A stretch of 59,542 bases of DNA, counting the filler, from Bipalium vagum (lineage: Eukaryota): the NCBI GenBank assembly GCA_037834085.1. It is 3 parts of 3 records of this genome, joined end to end, with 100 filler letters (N's around TTAATTAATTAA, not from the genome) between each part and the next. Parts side by side here need not be neighbours in the genome. Positions count along the whole stretch, not along the records: positions 22,573 to 43,882 come from JBBMKC010238989.1; 2 more parts are not named here. One strand, written 5' to 3'. How positions within the stretch are numbered: position 1 is the first letter of the stretch; every line of letters begins with the position of its first letter. Below, one piece after another: positions 28,340-41,284 of the stretch. Made by a program: the position numbers and the translations under genes. The notes below the pieces were generated by a model. The model was not told where the DNA came from and searched no databases. It saw nothing but the letters and a program-made list of their open reading frames with translations.

Positions 28340-28810
28340 AAACGTGCATGGGTTGATGGTAGGAGTTACCAAGAGCAATCTATAAAATTAAGGCAAGCAT
28401 TGCACGAAAAAAGACAAACTAATCCAATAGACATCAGACGGTGTTATTACAGCACAATAATAGTAGGACGTACTTCGATTTTTTTGAAAATATCGATGGC
28501 ATAATTTGAATGGAAGGTTTTACTTCACCTGATATACGCACCAGACATCGCACATGGAATTACCACCTGTTTCGCTCAATGCAGCATGGGCTTTCTGAAC
28601 ATCACTTCAACAATCATTATGATGTCGACAAATCGGTTGACAATTTGGTAAATTCCAAGGAAGAAAATTTTTATCTTGGAATTTATTGGTTGTCAGAAGG
28701 GTGGAACGCTATTTTGAATGAAATGCGATGTAAAAATAATTTATAAGGATGTTTTATTTAAATTCATTCTTATTATAAAAAAATTAGGAGAATAAATGCA
28801 ACTACATAAA
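28340..28810 (+). mobile_element. Degenerate mariner 3' remnant
   Basis: NYHLFRSMQHGLSEHHF and a YAPDIA remnant. Confidence 0.8.
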
Positions 28811-31800
28811 ACTAGACGGAAAATATTTTAATTAAAAAATAATATTATTAAAGGTTATAATACAAAATTTTTACCATATTGATCGGATTTTTTTAAAAAT
28901 ATTATGAGCTTATGGAAATGACTATAACATAGTGGTACTTCACTTTTTGGTTGAATAAATCTTTATGAATAAATCTGATGCTTTATTATTATAATTTGAA
29001 GGAATTTTTCAGTTTTATTCACTATTAATCTGAAGAATCTTTGCACAGAAAACACATAATAGGAGATCTGTCTCTTCAGCTACTCTCATCTCAATAATCT
29101 GACAAGAAAGAGTAGCATAAGACTTATTGTGTATCTCATTCAGAAATACTAATAATGGCAGAATCATTTAGGCGTATGAGCCCCTAATACTTTTGATGGA
29201 GATAAACACTTAAATGAAAACTTATTATTATAAGTGATAGGTAATGTCAACTTTGTCTCTACATATGGTACTGGAAAACGTTACGAAGATATTACTAATG
29301 TTAAAATGATTAGTGATATCAATTGAGTACAACTATTTTCAGAGCAAGGCAAACATTATTATGGTGGATGTACATCAACTGGTTAGAAAATATTAATAGA
29401 CAATATTAATTTTGAGATACTGAAGGAGTTGGGTTTACAAAGAGCGCTGAAGATATTGATAATAAAAAACGGTACAAAGATGTTTGAAGTTTGGAGCTGC
29501 AAGAGGGTCCAATAAAAATAAAAATTATAAATAATTGTGAAACAATGTAAAAAGAGAAGATGATGATGATAATAATAATAATAATTATTATTATTATTAT
29601 AATTAATTAGATAATTAATTAATTGATTAATGATGATTAATATCAATAATAAAGACATCCTGTAAATAATAATTATAATAAAATATTTCTTTGATAATAA
29701 TAATACAGCTTGAATTTTTTATCAAGTTTACGATCAGGGAATAAGTGTATTTTATTTCCTCTTGTGATAATTATCATAATTATCAAATCATAATTTGAAC
29801 AATATCAAATTTCAAGGGAAAATAATTGAAAAACCTGAGAATTCTTTTTCCCATCATGTAACAACGATCAATCGAACCGAAAACCATATTAAGGTTGACC
29901 CACACATTCAAAGACACCAGAACTAAGAGAAATAAATAGAGGTTTTATTGATTTGTGTTAAAAAGAAAAATGTATAAGACCTGTATTTATTGGTGCGTAT
30001 AACTAAGAAAGCTTTATACTTATCAGAAAATTGGAATTTACTTTGGAAGAATTGTTGTACAATTGGTTTTGTTTTATTTTAAACATATCACAGCAGGATT
30101 TTCACTGTGACCCGTCGGGATTCTTCACCTGAGCCAACTGGGCCTAACTGAATATAAAATGACACATTGCTCTCTGGCAATTGTTCATTGTTCGATTAAT
30201 AATTATTTATTTGCTTAGTTTCCTTTTAATTTCCAGATTTAATTTTATTGACATAATATAGTAATTGTTGATTATTGTTGTCGGATTTGAACAATTGATT
30301 TTATTATTGTTAAGTAATAGTATTTGATCACTTTTGAATATTGATTACTTTTTGATTATCATAATCATCATTTGATAGCATTATTTGGGCATTATGTGAC
30401 CTTCATTGTTATCTTTGACAAAATAAATATGTTTGTTTTGATAAACTGATTTTTTCTGAGATTATTGATTAATGTAAATAATAAATAAACATTGTAATGT
30501 TGTTGTTCAATTGTTTTCTTGTAAGGGAGCACCACGATAGTACTATTAAGAGTTAATAAATTTCAAGAGTATATTATTATTATTATTACAATTAACAAAA
30601 AACGTTAAGTAAAGAATAACAGATACAATTCTGGACATCTTTAGGAATAGAAAATAAAAATAGGAAAAAATAAATAGAAAATCTTTAATCATACATATAT
30701 ATTCACAAGAGAGATATATATCCACATTTTTCTCTGATGGAGATGACCCTTTTGCAGCCGTACAATAATTAGTTTTTAATATCATGTTTAATTAATAAAG
30801 CCATCATGTTTTTCGATGGATTTGCGTGTAAAATATAAATTACATGTATCATGTTGCATGAGATACTCAAGTGTTCGGTTTTCACCCGTGTACATAATAA
30901 TAAAATAAATAATATGATAATAAATACATTTAGATAACATTGCAAAATTATTATTAATAATAACAATGAGAATTAATAACAAAACATTGTCTCTTAAAAG
31001 GAAATAATAATAATAATATTTTTGAGAAAATATTTTTTCTCATTTTTTAAATATTAATTAAATTTATCTTCTGTCTACCTAGAAGAGGATGATTAGTTTT
31101 TGTCCCAATGGGATTTTTTCGCTACTCATTTAGCTCTCAGATGGGCGTATAACAAAAGAAGTAATGTTTTTCTTAATGAATTTTCAAAGATGAAGGCTAG
31201 CAAAATTCACAGTTCTAGTATGAATTGCCATAGTAGTCAGTAGTTGTCCACTATGTTAGCACCAATTGGTTGCATGCAACCATATAAAGAGCTCACAAAG
31301 ATATGAAAACGAATTTCTTGTTAGAGATTTAAAGTGAATCCAGAATATCTAGCTAGTATAAAATCTTTAAGTCTTCATGGCCGGGTTCCATTTTAATATT
31401 TTATGGGTTGCGTATTTTCAGAATTTGATTAAAACGTGCGGGTGGCAAACAGTTTTCGTCATCTTATAGAAGTACAAACATATTGTGATTATGATTCAGA
31501 GTGATGTTGACTATTGATCGTGAGATGCTGAGTAAGTAATATTTAAATTTTCGTGATTTTGATTTGACGTTTAATAAAACATACTGTTATTTGTTATCTT
31601 GGCTAATCCATGGAATTATTGCAGAAGATAACTATAATAAAAGATAATGAATCGGGTAAGAGTAACTTGTTTATATTAAAATATTATTACAGTTATGAAT
31701 TTGATGTCAATAGAATTCAGTCTTGTAATCATATCTCTATTAAAAGGACTCTAATTAAGATTCCAAAGAACTTAAAGAACTATTTAACAATTTAGAAATT

Positions 31801-32289
31801 TTGTCAAATACTTAGAAGATCTCGATATCAGAGATGTAAACAATTTCATAATATTACTAATAACAATTAACTAAACTCATTTGTTGAATGCTCATAAGCT
31901 AATATCTGAATAATAAGATTGATACTTTAAACAATTATTTTTCAGACTTATATTACGACCCTTATTCAAAGATTCGTTATTTTATGAATAAAATAAAATG
32001 GATATAGAATAAACAATAATTTTTTATAAAAATCAAAATGTTGAAAAGTATTTTTTGACATTGAAACATAACAATCAATAATTAAAAAATTATAAAACCC
32101 GAAAAGAAGTTTTTATCCAATCATAAAACATATAATAATTTTCAGTGATATAAATAATTATATTTAATTTATTAAAATTAATGGTTAAAGTCTAATTTGA
32201 ATTACTTTTTAAAATTTATTAAAAATTATAATATAAAACTAATATTACTAAATAAGATAAGATTAAACTAAATTATTTATTAATAACAA

Positions 32290-33130
32290 ACATAGGTTTC
32301 ATCATAAGTTACATAAACTCTTCAGGAGATCCTTCCCTATATCGACTTCTAAATGCAAACTCGTCAATATACTCGTCTAAATAATCACCTTTTCTTTGGA
32401 ATTTTCTTCTTAAAGTTTGCTTAACAGGTATTCTTAAATTTTGTACTCCTGTTTCTGGATCAACAAAGTTCTTTGAGTGGTTAACAGAACAATGTTTAAA
32501 ATCTCCATTATTTTTAAATATGGACATATATGAAGGTCATTAATGTGAATGCACTCCAGTTTCCGTTTTAATTGTCTCTCAAATAGCATTTTGCAATTTT
32601 ATTCTGCTTCGGTAATCTATATTGCGAAGTATAAAATTTTTAGGAACAGTATCAATAGCACCAAATAGTCATTTAGTTTGCAAAACTCTTCCAACATAAT
32701 ATTTTCTACACGTAAAACCTGTTTCATCAATTTGAACGACTACTCCAGCTCAACTTAACTCTTTCTGAACATTATTTATGCAAATTCCATGTGCCTTTCT
32801 AAATTTTTAAAACTTTTTTACTTCCGTTGATGTAGATATTTTGAGATCTTCCATTATGGATTTTATCAATTTATCCTGATAGAATGTCAGTAATAATTTT
32901 AGAAGTGAATCTAGTGTGATTCGGACTTCATATAAAATACTTTAACACCTAAAGAAAAATTAAAAATTATAAGGGTTTAGTATGCTATTTAGTGCTTTGC
33001 ATTAATTGCTTCTCCAGTTATTTTCGTCCTTCTGTTTCCTCATTTTGATCTCGGACATTTCAATATTGCATGAATCACAAAGGATGTTGCTTTTCTAAAT
33101 GTAGTCTTCATTGTTTACAATACTTAAACT
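32290..33130 (-). mobile_element. Merlin (IS1595/ISXO2-like DDE) transposase remnant
   Basis: VVQIDETGF, GRVLQTK.LFGAID, HCSVNHSKNFVDPETGV and YLDEYIDEFAFR in decayed frames. Confidence 0.85.
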
Positions 33131-34254
33131 AATTAAGTTTTCAATTACTATATACAATTTTTTAAATGTTAATTATCGATATGTCGGTAATCAGTAAGTT
33201 TAAACTAATCAATAGAAAATAATTGATTTTTAAAAGTAAATTTAAATTTAAAAAGTAATTTAAATTAGAATTTAATCAAATTAATTATTTCAAAAAATAT
33301 ATTAATGTTTGAAATAAGATAAAATTTTATAAATTTCTTTAATAAATTTAATATTTTATTTTCGAGAAGAAATAAAAGAGATGTTTATTAAATATTATTT
33401 TATAAAATTTCTAAGCAGACTATTAATTTAAAATAATTACATAGAATAAAAGAAATAAAAATAATCGGAGAGAATAACAGCGAATTTTAAATTGCTAAGG
33501 AAATTGAAATTCATTAAAAATCTGAATTAATAATTAAAATATAATTAACCATTATTTTTATTTAAAATATTTTATATTAATTAAATAATTTTATATTAAT
33601 TTTATCATTCCGTATTTCAATAATATTTTTTTCTGTTTTAAATTAATTTTGTCATTTAATAATTGTATAACTTTCTAAAATGATAAATTGAATGAACTAC
33701 CAGTCTTTATTTCGTCGTATAATTACAATACTATCAATGCTACAATGAATAGATTCTGTATCCTATGTCTAATATACCATAACAATGTATGACCATAACC
33801 GGTGTAATCTGACCATTAATGGCATCTTCCTCTTCATGATAAATTCTATTGTTTTTTGAGCTGAATAAAAACTGATTATATTTCTCATTGAGATATAAAT
33901 AATAGCCAAAGATTCAATGAAATGATGAATTTTATAAACTTATCAATATTAATAAATTAACAACAATAAAAAGGGAAACAAAATACAACATTAACTATTA
34001 TACACATTTTTGTATTATCAGTATAAAAGTACATTTAAAAAATATATTGACTATTCACTTAAACATTATTATTAATATTGATTGTAAAAATAACAATATT
34101 TTAAATCAATTTTTACAAATTTTATTAACCAAACACACAAAAATTCGATCCTAAATCCTATAGCTTTGTTTGTTTGGGAAACACGTTTTCATAAAACAAA
34201 TAATAAATATATATTAAAAATAGATTCAGTTATTTATTTATGCAAAAGAATAAA

Positions 34255-34649
34255 TTACTTTATTTCTCCAGTTGAATTCTCACCAATCCAATAGGGAGCA
34301 GAGCACAATCCTTGTCGTAGAAGATAATAAATTAACTTACTGCTCAATTCAATTCCATACACAGTTCAATTGCTTTTCGTTTATATTCGTGACTATCCAT
34401 CAGTTCTAAAACTCTCAGAACTGAGATTTAATCCTAAGCATTAGCAAAAAAAATATTTTATCCTGCTCAATTTGCACAGATAATTTCTATTGAGGTCTTC
34501 CAATTAAAGTTACATTTGGGAAACTAAATCTTCTTTGACCCTCTCAGGAAAGTCAATTACTGTTAACCTCTTTTAGAACAAATTAATTCGTGTTAATTAT
34601 GCTCGAATTTATCCAAGAACTGAGCCTCAATGGTACATGAGTCTGTCAT
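34255..34649 (-). pseudogene. Decayed ORF with staphylococcal nuclease (SNase/thermonuclease)-like motifs
   Basis: One frame carries KRLTVIDFPE (34569-34543), RTDG*SR (34407-34387) and LLRQGLCSAPY (from 34323). These echo SNase RLLLVDTPE, RTDKYGR and LVRQGLAKVAY at similar spacing. Six internal stops. Confidence 0.4.
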
Positions 34650-34899
34650 TAATTTTTTAAAATTATTTTATTACTATACAATAACAATTAATTTATGAAA
34701 AACACCTCTTTCGAGGAAAATGTGCATTTACCCCATCTTCTTCGTTGATTTCGTTTATTCTTATTTAGATTTTCATATTTTCATTTTTGATCGTCGACGC
34801 TCATGTGTTGATATGCCCTGATAGTTCATCAAATGAGAGAGGAAGCAAAAAGAATTTATGTGAAGGTACAAGTGAGAGAAAGAGAGAGCAAAAAGAAAT

Positions 34900-36150
34900 G
34901 AAGAAAAATATATTGCTTAGTTTAATTGAAAGCTTAGATCCTTATATTTTCCGGGGTTTTTTGCCCTTACATTTTTAAAATTAATTTCCATATCACATGA
35001 CACTTTCATGTCTAGTAAATAAATTTTTTTATTAAAATTATCTAGAATAATTATTTTTGTTCTAAGTTTTGTTGTTTTCTCATGCTCTAAAGGTTTTAAA
35101 TCAATATCAAAATCAAATCCTATATTTCTTAAGTAATTGCCACATACTTCTAAGACATTATTATGTTTTACATATTTATCCCTGAAGGGAATAATTTACT
35201 AAGATTTAGGATGTGGACCTGGTTTTCTATATACATCTTAAATTTTATACATAATGAAGGAAGTTCAGCCTTAATTCTATATTTGCTATTGTATCTGTTA
35301 TTGCTTTAATTGCCACTGCTTATCATTAAACTCTGGTTTTAATTATTTTATTGAACTTTATACTAAACCAGAGGACTGAAAACCTTGAACCATTTTTGAT
35401 TTACAACTATAGCATTTCTAAGTATTTTGATGATATCATACATTTTTTTCTCTCCTACAATATGAGTTCTTGAGCAAAATTCCTCAATTGTAATTAAGCA
35501 TCTTAAGTGGATATCAACATCAATGTGTATAAAATCAGTCTATTTTATAAGTTTCTCTTAGTACTCTCATTGGTTGTCTTATTTTAATCCACTAAGTTTC
35601 TTTTACGGATGATTTTTACCTTATTCTATCACTTAACCATTGCAGTGTTGTTTTAATATCAGCTTGGTTGTTTATTTTGGTCCTTTGCCTATAGTATAAG
35701 TTAATTCAGTCACTATAAAGTCTCAAAAAGTCAAGTCTTCACTGCTCATTATTTTGAATCCATGAACAACATTGCAAATCCTTTAATAATCAATTGATTT
35801 ATTAATATTTAGATCAGAAAGATTCGAGAATGAATAGATAAAGGCATTGTTAGTTGGTAGTCATTATCTTTATAGCTTTTTTGATGATAGTCTCTGGATA
35901 TTAATAATTCTATGTGAAAAATAGAAGCCGACTCCAGTTTGAAGAAAAGTTTTGTAGCAATTAATTTTTTGAACTGGGTTTAAATCTGAGTCACATATAA
36001 TACTGAAATCATTATGAATTTTGTCAAGTATTTTTTCAATATTTTCTTGTCGTGGATCGCCAAATTGGACTTCTAGATATAAAAAAGTATTACCTTAGTC
36101 AACCTTTGGAAGTCAGCTTTTGGAAGTAGCAATTTTTTATTAACTTTTCT
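34900..36150 (-). mobile_element. RLE-type non-LTR retrotransposon 3' remnant (NeSL/Utopia/R2-like)
   Basis: Ordered decayed motifs SDLNPVQKINCYKTF, GFKIMSSED, HILN...KHNNVL, LRTKIIIL...LLDMKV and KYKDL match the post-RT, CCHC and PD..D endonuclease region. Confidence 0.65.
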
Positions 36151-36839
36151 TATAGACCCACATCTTCAAATATTTTCTATATTCTCCATCGTTATTTTCA
36201 ATCTTTATTTTTCTTCGATAATTAATTCTAGCAAAATTTTATTTTTCTTTAGTTCCGCTTTCATGGTTTTTATTTCATTTATTACAAATAATTATAACCA
36301 CAACTAATACAAAGCATAAAATTGGTCGTCATTAGAAGCTGGTAGTCTCTTTGATACTGTTTTCGGGTGACTCTTAATATTTGTTAGATTATTTCAACTA
36401 TTTTTTACTAATTTCTTTTATGTATTTTTTATGATTTTTCACTATCAGTCCTGTATAATGTAATAATATTATATTTTATTTTTAATGAAATTATTACAAT
36501 ATTACCGTCGATCGAATCTTTTAAACTCTAAAACTGTTTACTGCATTCTAGATTATTAACTAACCCTGGCATTTCTCTTATCTATCTTCGTACGTTATGC
36601 TGTGCTCGAGATTTGAATGTTTTTTTTATGAGTGTCTTTATAACTTGTATCTTTAAAGAAGCTCACACATTCACGACAGAAAGCAGATTGCTTTGCCCCA
36701 AACGCAATTGAGACTATATCTAGGTGCCAATTTGTTAATAAAGATAAATTTTTCCTCAATATTTTTGTTTTGGCAGCACCTATAGTCAAATAAACAACTA
36801 AAATTTAAGTAAAATAAATGTAAAATTCAATAGTATAAT

Positions 36840-37060
36840 TCAATTTCAGACCATGCTGTTGATCGTCCTTTTAATGCCCTTTTATTTCTCGGTAAAACTT
36901 TGAAAACTTCTTTTTTATTACTTCATTGTCTTATGGATTTATGATCACTATCAAATTCCCGTGTGGTAGCTCGAAAACTATGAATTTTTGCGAATGCAAG
37001 AATTTTTATTTTTATTCTGTGGGGTTCAATTTCCGTATTCTTTTAAGCATTTCAACAATA
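36840..37060 (-). mobile_element. pogo/Tc2-type transposase N-terminal (BrkDBD-like) remnant
   Basis: KIKILAFAKIHSFRATTREF..DHKSIRQ*...LPRNKGALKGRSTAWSEIE. Confidence 0.6.
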
Positions 37061-37772
37061 TCTTAACAATAATATATCGAAATTTGAATTGATTTAAATA
37101 ATAAAATCAATACATTTACTTAACTATATCCTGAGTAATGCTGAAAGATTGCTGAAAGTGAAATATGTTACACATCAATGATGTAATAAGTGCGGCCTAA
37201 AAAATAGTATTGCGGGTTATAATCAAAAAGGAAGGTATAGACAAAATTTATTTTTCTAAGAAAACTATGTAAACTTATTTCAAATTTTCAATATTTAAAC
37301 AAAAATAAAATTGAACTCGAAGTGTGTATCGTTCTTACTTTTATAAAATGGGACTATAAATTTTGAAATTTCCATTCTTAATTTATTATTTCAATAGAAT
37401 TTAAACCATAAACTCCATCATAAAATTTAAATAAAGAAACTATACCAACTGTTCAGGGCTCGGGTCGTAATATGTCAACCCTTGTCTTAAGAGGGTTACG
37501 AAGCAAAGATTACCTTTCATATAAATTCTGACAGAAATATACTTAAATTATTTTTAAGACCTTTTAAAATAATATTTGCTTTAATAATGAAAATCACTTT
37601 CACACCTTTTCATTTTTTATATATGTAACGGTAGTTCACTTCGAAAATTATTTATGATTAATAAATAAATAGTCAGTTTTTAATTACTTACGTAGCTTTC
37701 CATTTCAGCTCAAATGTTTATTAGTCTACATTATGGAGTTATGTAGACTGCATATTTGCTGAAGAATAACAC

Positions 37773-37849
<77 letters not shown>
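37773..37849 (+). repeat. (AAT)n microsatellite
   Basis: Perfect array of 77 bp. Confidence 0.98.
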
Positions 37850-37850
<1 letters not shown>

Positions 37851-37859
37851 TTAAAAATT

Positions 37860-38160
37860 GGTTAATATTTGTGTTAAAAATAACATAGTGATCTATCCTT
37901 CTGATTTTGAAGGTTTCCTCCAAGCCTTGAATTAGGTTTTTCTTTTTGAGAAATGCTTTTTAGGCGTCTTCATAATCAAATAATATGTTCTGGTATTCAT
38001 AGGCTTCCCTAAACTCTGTCAATAAGGTCTGCAACAAATAAACCTTTTTCTTTTTTCTTCACAAGTATTGGAATTCGAAATATTTGGTACAGTATTTAAT
38101 AAACTTTTCTATATCATTTATACCTTTTCGGAAGATTCCAAGGTGCACGCCTTTCTTCAT
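37860..38160 (-). mobile_element. Possible LTR-retrotransposon gag remnant
   Basis: Frame reads MKKGVHLGIFRKGINDIEKFIKYCTKYFEF...KKVYLLQTL...EETFKIRR with two stops. It resembles a gypsy-type gag N-terminus. Confidence 0.4.
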
Positions 38161-38799
38161 TAAGTTTCTTGAAACATTGTTGTCATGTTAATTACTAATA
38201 CGTGAATCGAATTCTTTTAGTTTATTTTACAAAAATAATTGAGTAGTTGAAAACGTGTTTAGTATTTTAAAAAATCAATTATGTCAATATATTTTAATAA
38301 AATATATTAACTTTGACATTGATTATTTATTTTCTGTTAAAAAACTTTTTAAACTTATTTTTAAAATGTTATTTAACTCGAAAAATCTTAACGTTTTATT
38401 TTTCGATAATGTTTAACACATTACTTTAAATTTTTTAAAATTACTATTTTAATTTAAATTGAATCCTTACATATCTTAACTTCACATAAACTCATTCCCA
38501 AACTCATTAATGTACTCAATACAAAGTATAAGTATAATTTTATTTATAAACAACAAAATTTCTCATATGTTTTCATAGGGTATTAATTAAAAAATAAAAT
38601 TAATAGTTTCATAAAATTAGGGGTACAGAAAATTCTCTATTTCAAAATAGAAAATAAGACCAAAAATATATTTTAAAAATGTGTGTTTTAATAAATAAAA
38701 AAAACATACTGAGATTCTCATTAAACAGTTAAAGACTAGATAAAACATGATATGCACTGTTAGATAAAAAAAATCCAAGACAAAGTGAGAGGACTAGCT

Positions 38800-41284
38800 T
38801 TATTCCACTTTTTTGTTCGTTTCCTTTACCAATAAACAAACTGATGCCAAGACACCGATTGCCTGAAAAATATCATTTAAAAAGTAATGCACATATTTTT
38901 AATATTTATTGATTTCGTGAACAATGAGAAACTTATCGGTTAAATTAATTTTTTATATGATTTTCACTGTTATTTTCACTTTTTTCCCCATTAAAATGAA
39001 TGGAGACAATCAAAATTTTTAATAACCCCCGAGACAATGTTCATATTCAAGAATGTCTAGTGGTGGGAGTGGGGAATAATAAAAAGTTTTCTATTGAGAC
39101 AACATTAAAAACTAATTTTTAGTTATAATTTCGCAAGCCCATTAGATTTATCATTTCCTATTAAGACTTATCTGATCTAATAGTAAAGTATTATTATTTC
39201 AAAATATCCTTGCTGGAAATCACAAATACTTCTATAATAATTTACCGTCGATTTGAACGTATTTCTAATTCTCCTTTATTTTTCGTGGAAATGTCATAAA
39301 CAATAAATTTATTTTAAATATTATTATATTAACCAACTATCCAAATTGTATTCCTAAAATAGTTATAATTCGTTCCTATTTCGCTAACTTTTAATAATTA
39401 GGCCCTTGTTGCTAAGCAACTGACTGATTTTAGCAGATCCCTTATAAAACTTTAAAAATTAATATTTCCAATCTGGTAGCTTATTTCATTGTTTGACAGC
39501 AGCAATAATTTATTACCCGGAATACTTTCTAACCCCTTTGATGTAATTATTTGCCGACTATAAATAATTAACCATCTGGATATTCTTGGACATTAAATTT
39601 CAAATTAATTACATCTTTTCCTTTTTTTTGATTACCTATTTATTATTGCTATGATTGTTATTATTTTTGATAATTTATTGTCTTCCAGAGTCCTAGACAT
39701 CCGTTGGGGAGTCCCAACATTGGATACAACCATTTCAATCTTTAAGGCCGAAAACACAAAAATACGTTTTAATGTTGAATTCTGACTGAACCTTTTCTCT
39801 TTTTTCCAATCAATACCAATATGAAATGAAATTAATTCTTCTTGAAAAATTTTGCTAATCCATTTTATTCAAAATGAAAAAGTGAATTTTCCCGCCCCTC
39901 TTTACCAATATAAACAAGACAACCACAGGTTGTTTCACATTTTAAAACTGTCAATTCTCATAATGACATTAATAATTGAAATTGATTAAAATTATCGAAA
40001 ATCAATTTTAAAATTAACAAAAACATAACGTTGAAAAAGTTATTTTAAAGTAATAAATAAATTAAATAAGTTGTACATTTTCTAAAGCAAATAAACGGTT
40101 ACTAAAAATAAACTTGCAATTTATGCTCTCTACTTTACAAAAAATGATATAAGCAAAAGACGATTATACTCACCAGAAAAAGTGCAGAGAACAGACACAG
40201 GCCGCCAAGGTAACCAGAATAATGACGAATATACGACAGAGTTGCATTGAAGCATCCCTTGGTTGGAAAAAAAAAATTAAAAACGATCGGACACTAATCA
40301 AGTGATTACTCGATAGTAAATTGCACTGTTGTGAGCTCCATCGGCAAATCTCGGTGGACCGAAGGGAAAATTCTGACAAGATTTAATATCCAATGGATTC
40401 ATACTAGGCCAGCCAGTTTGACCGTCAACTGTGCGGAAACAACACGACTCGGGAACCATGAGATAAAACGGACTGAAATCTATAAAATTCTTTTAATCGT
40501 TCAAATATTCAAATTTATTTCTGCGCACCGCTGAGATTTGTATTAAAATTGTACACAATATTTGTATATTTGCACCAATAGGAAGTGCGATAAAGCAACC
40601 AGCCTCTGTCCGAGACAGCGCAGCACCTCATTCGAGTTTGCACATCGTCCCAAGCCTTGGTTATTAAACTGATCCTTCCGTACGATTCTACAAGCGTCTT
40701 CTCCATAAACCCAATCCCACTGTTGATCACCTGAAATGGCAGTCAATCCCCATTTCCCACATTGAAAATCAACACCCACTTACAATGCTATTGAATGATA
40801 AAATAAGAATAGCTCCTATCACCAAAAGTATAAAGATGATTATTTGGAATACGCATCCCTAGTAATATAGAACGAATTTATTCTTATTTTATTTCACATT
40901 GTTAATATAGATATAAATAAATGTTCTGGTGAATTAATTTTTAAAATGAATTAAATTAAAAGTAAAGAAGACGAAAGGAGAAACACGAACCATTATGATG
41001 AAAAATCTGTTTAGGACTTTCACCCCAACATATATTAAAATACATTCTATAATTATGATTATTCCGCTAAATGCAGCTATATATACACCATTTCTGTATG
41101 CTTTTGATTCAATTATTTCCAAAATGTCCGTTTGATCAAACAATATAAATATAGAAAGGGTAACCAGAGCAAAACCAAATATCTGTGAAACGTTTATTAA
41201 GAAAACAAATTCTACATAAAGATATACCAAAGTTATTGAAGCTGATATCGCCAGAAACAGTTGATACTTTAAAACGTTGCTCAT
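38800..41284 (-). CDS. Tetraspanin (CD151/TSPAN11-like invertebrate type), about 280 aa; exons 41284-41228, 41182-40991, 40858-40784, 40730-40529, 40479-40310, 40257-40174, 38862-38800
   Basis: GT-AG exons join in frame (843 nt, ATG to TAA). Four hydrophobic TM segments. The large extracellular loop carries AWDDVQTRMRCCA, VPESCC, SCQ..FGPP and the YR|GC motif before TM4. Intron positions are typical of tetraspanins. The donor at 40528 is the least certain boundary. Confidence 0.9.
39408..39420. promoter_or_regulatory. Candidate RFX X-box (GTTGCTAAGCAAC)
   Basis: Near-palindromic match to the RFX-binding motif, in the last intron of the tetraspanin gene. Confidence 0.35.

Noticed and set aside
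37726-37923. Poly-Tyr ORFs (also 54624-54971 and 29383-29658)
   Set aside because: These are translations of (TAT)n microsatellites. Only 54892-54777 is a real exon.
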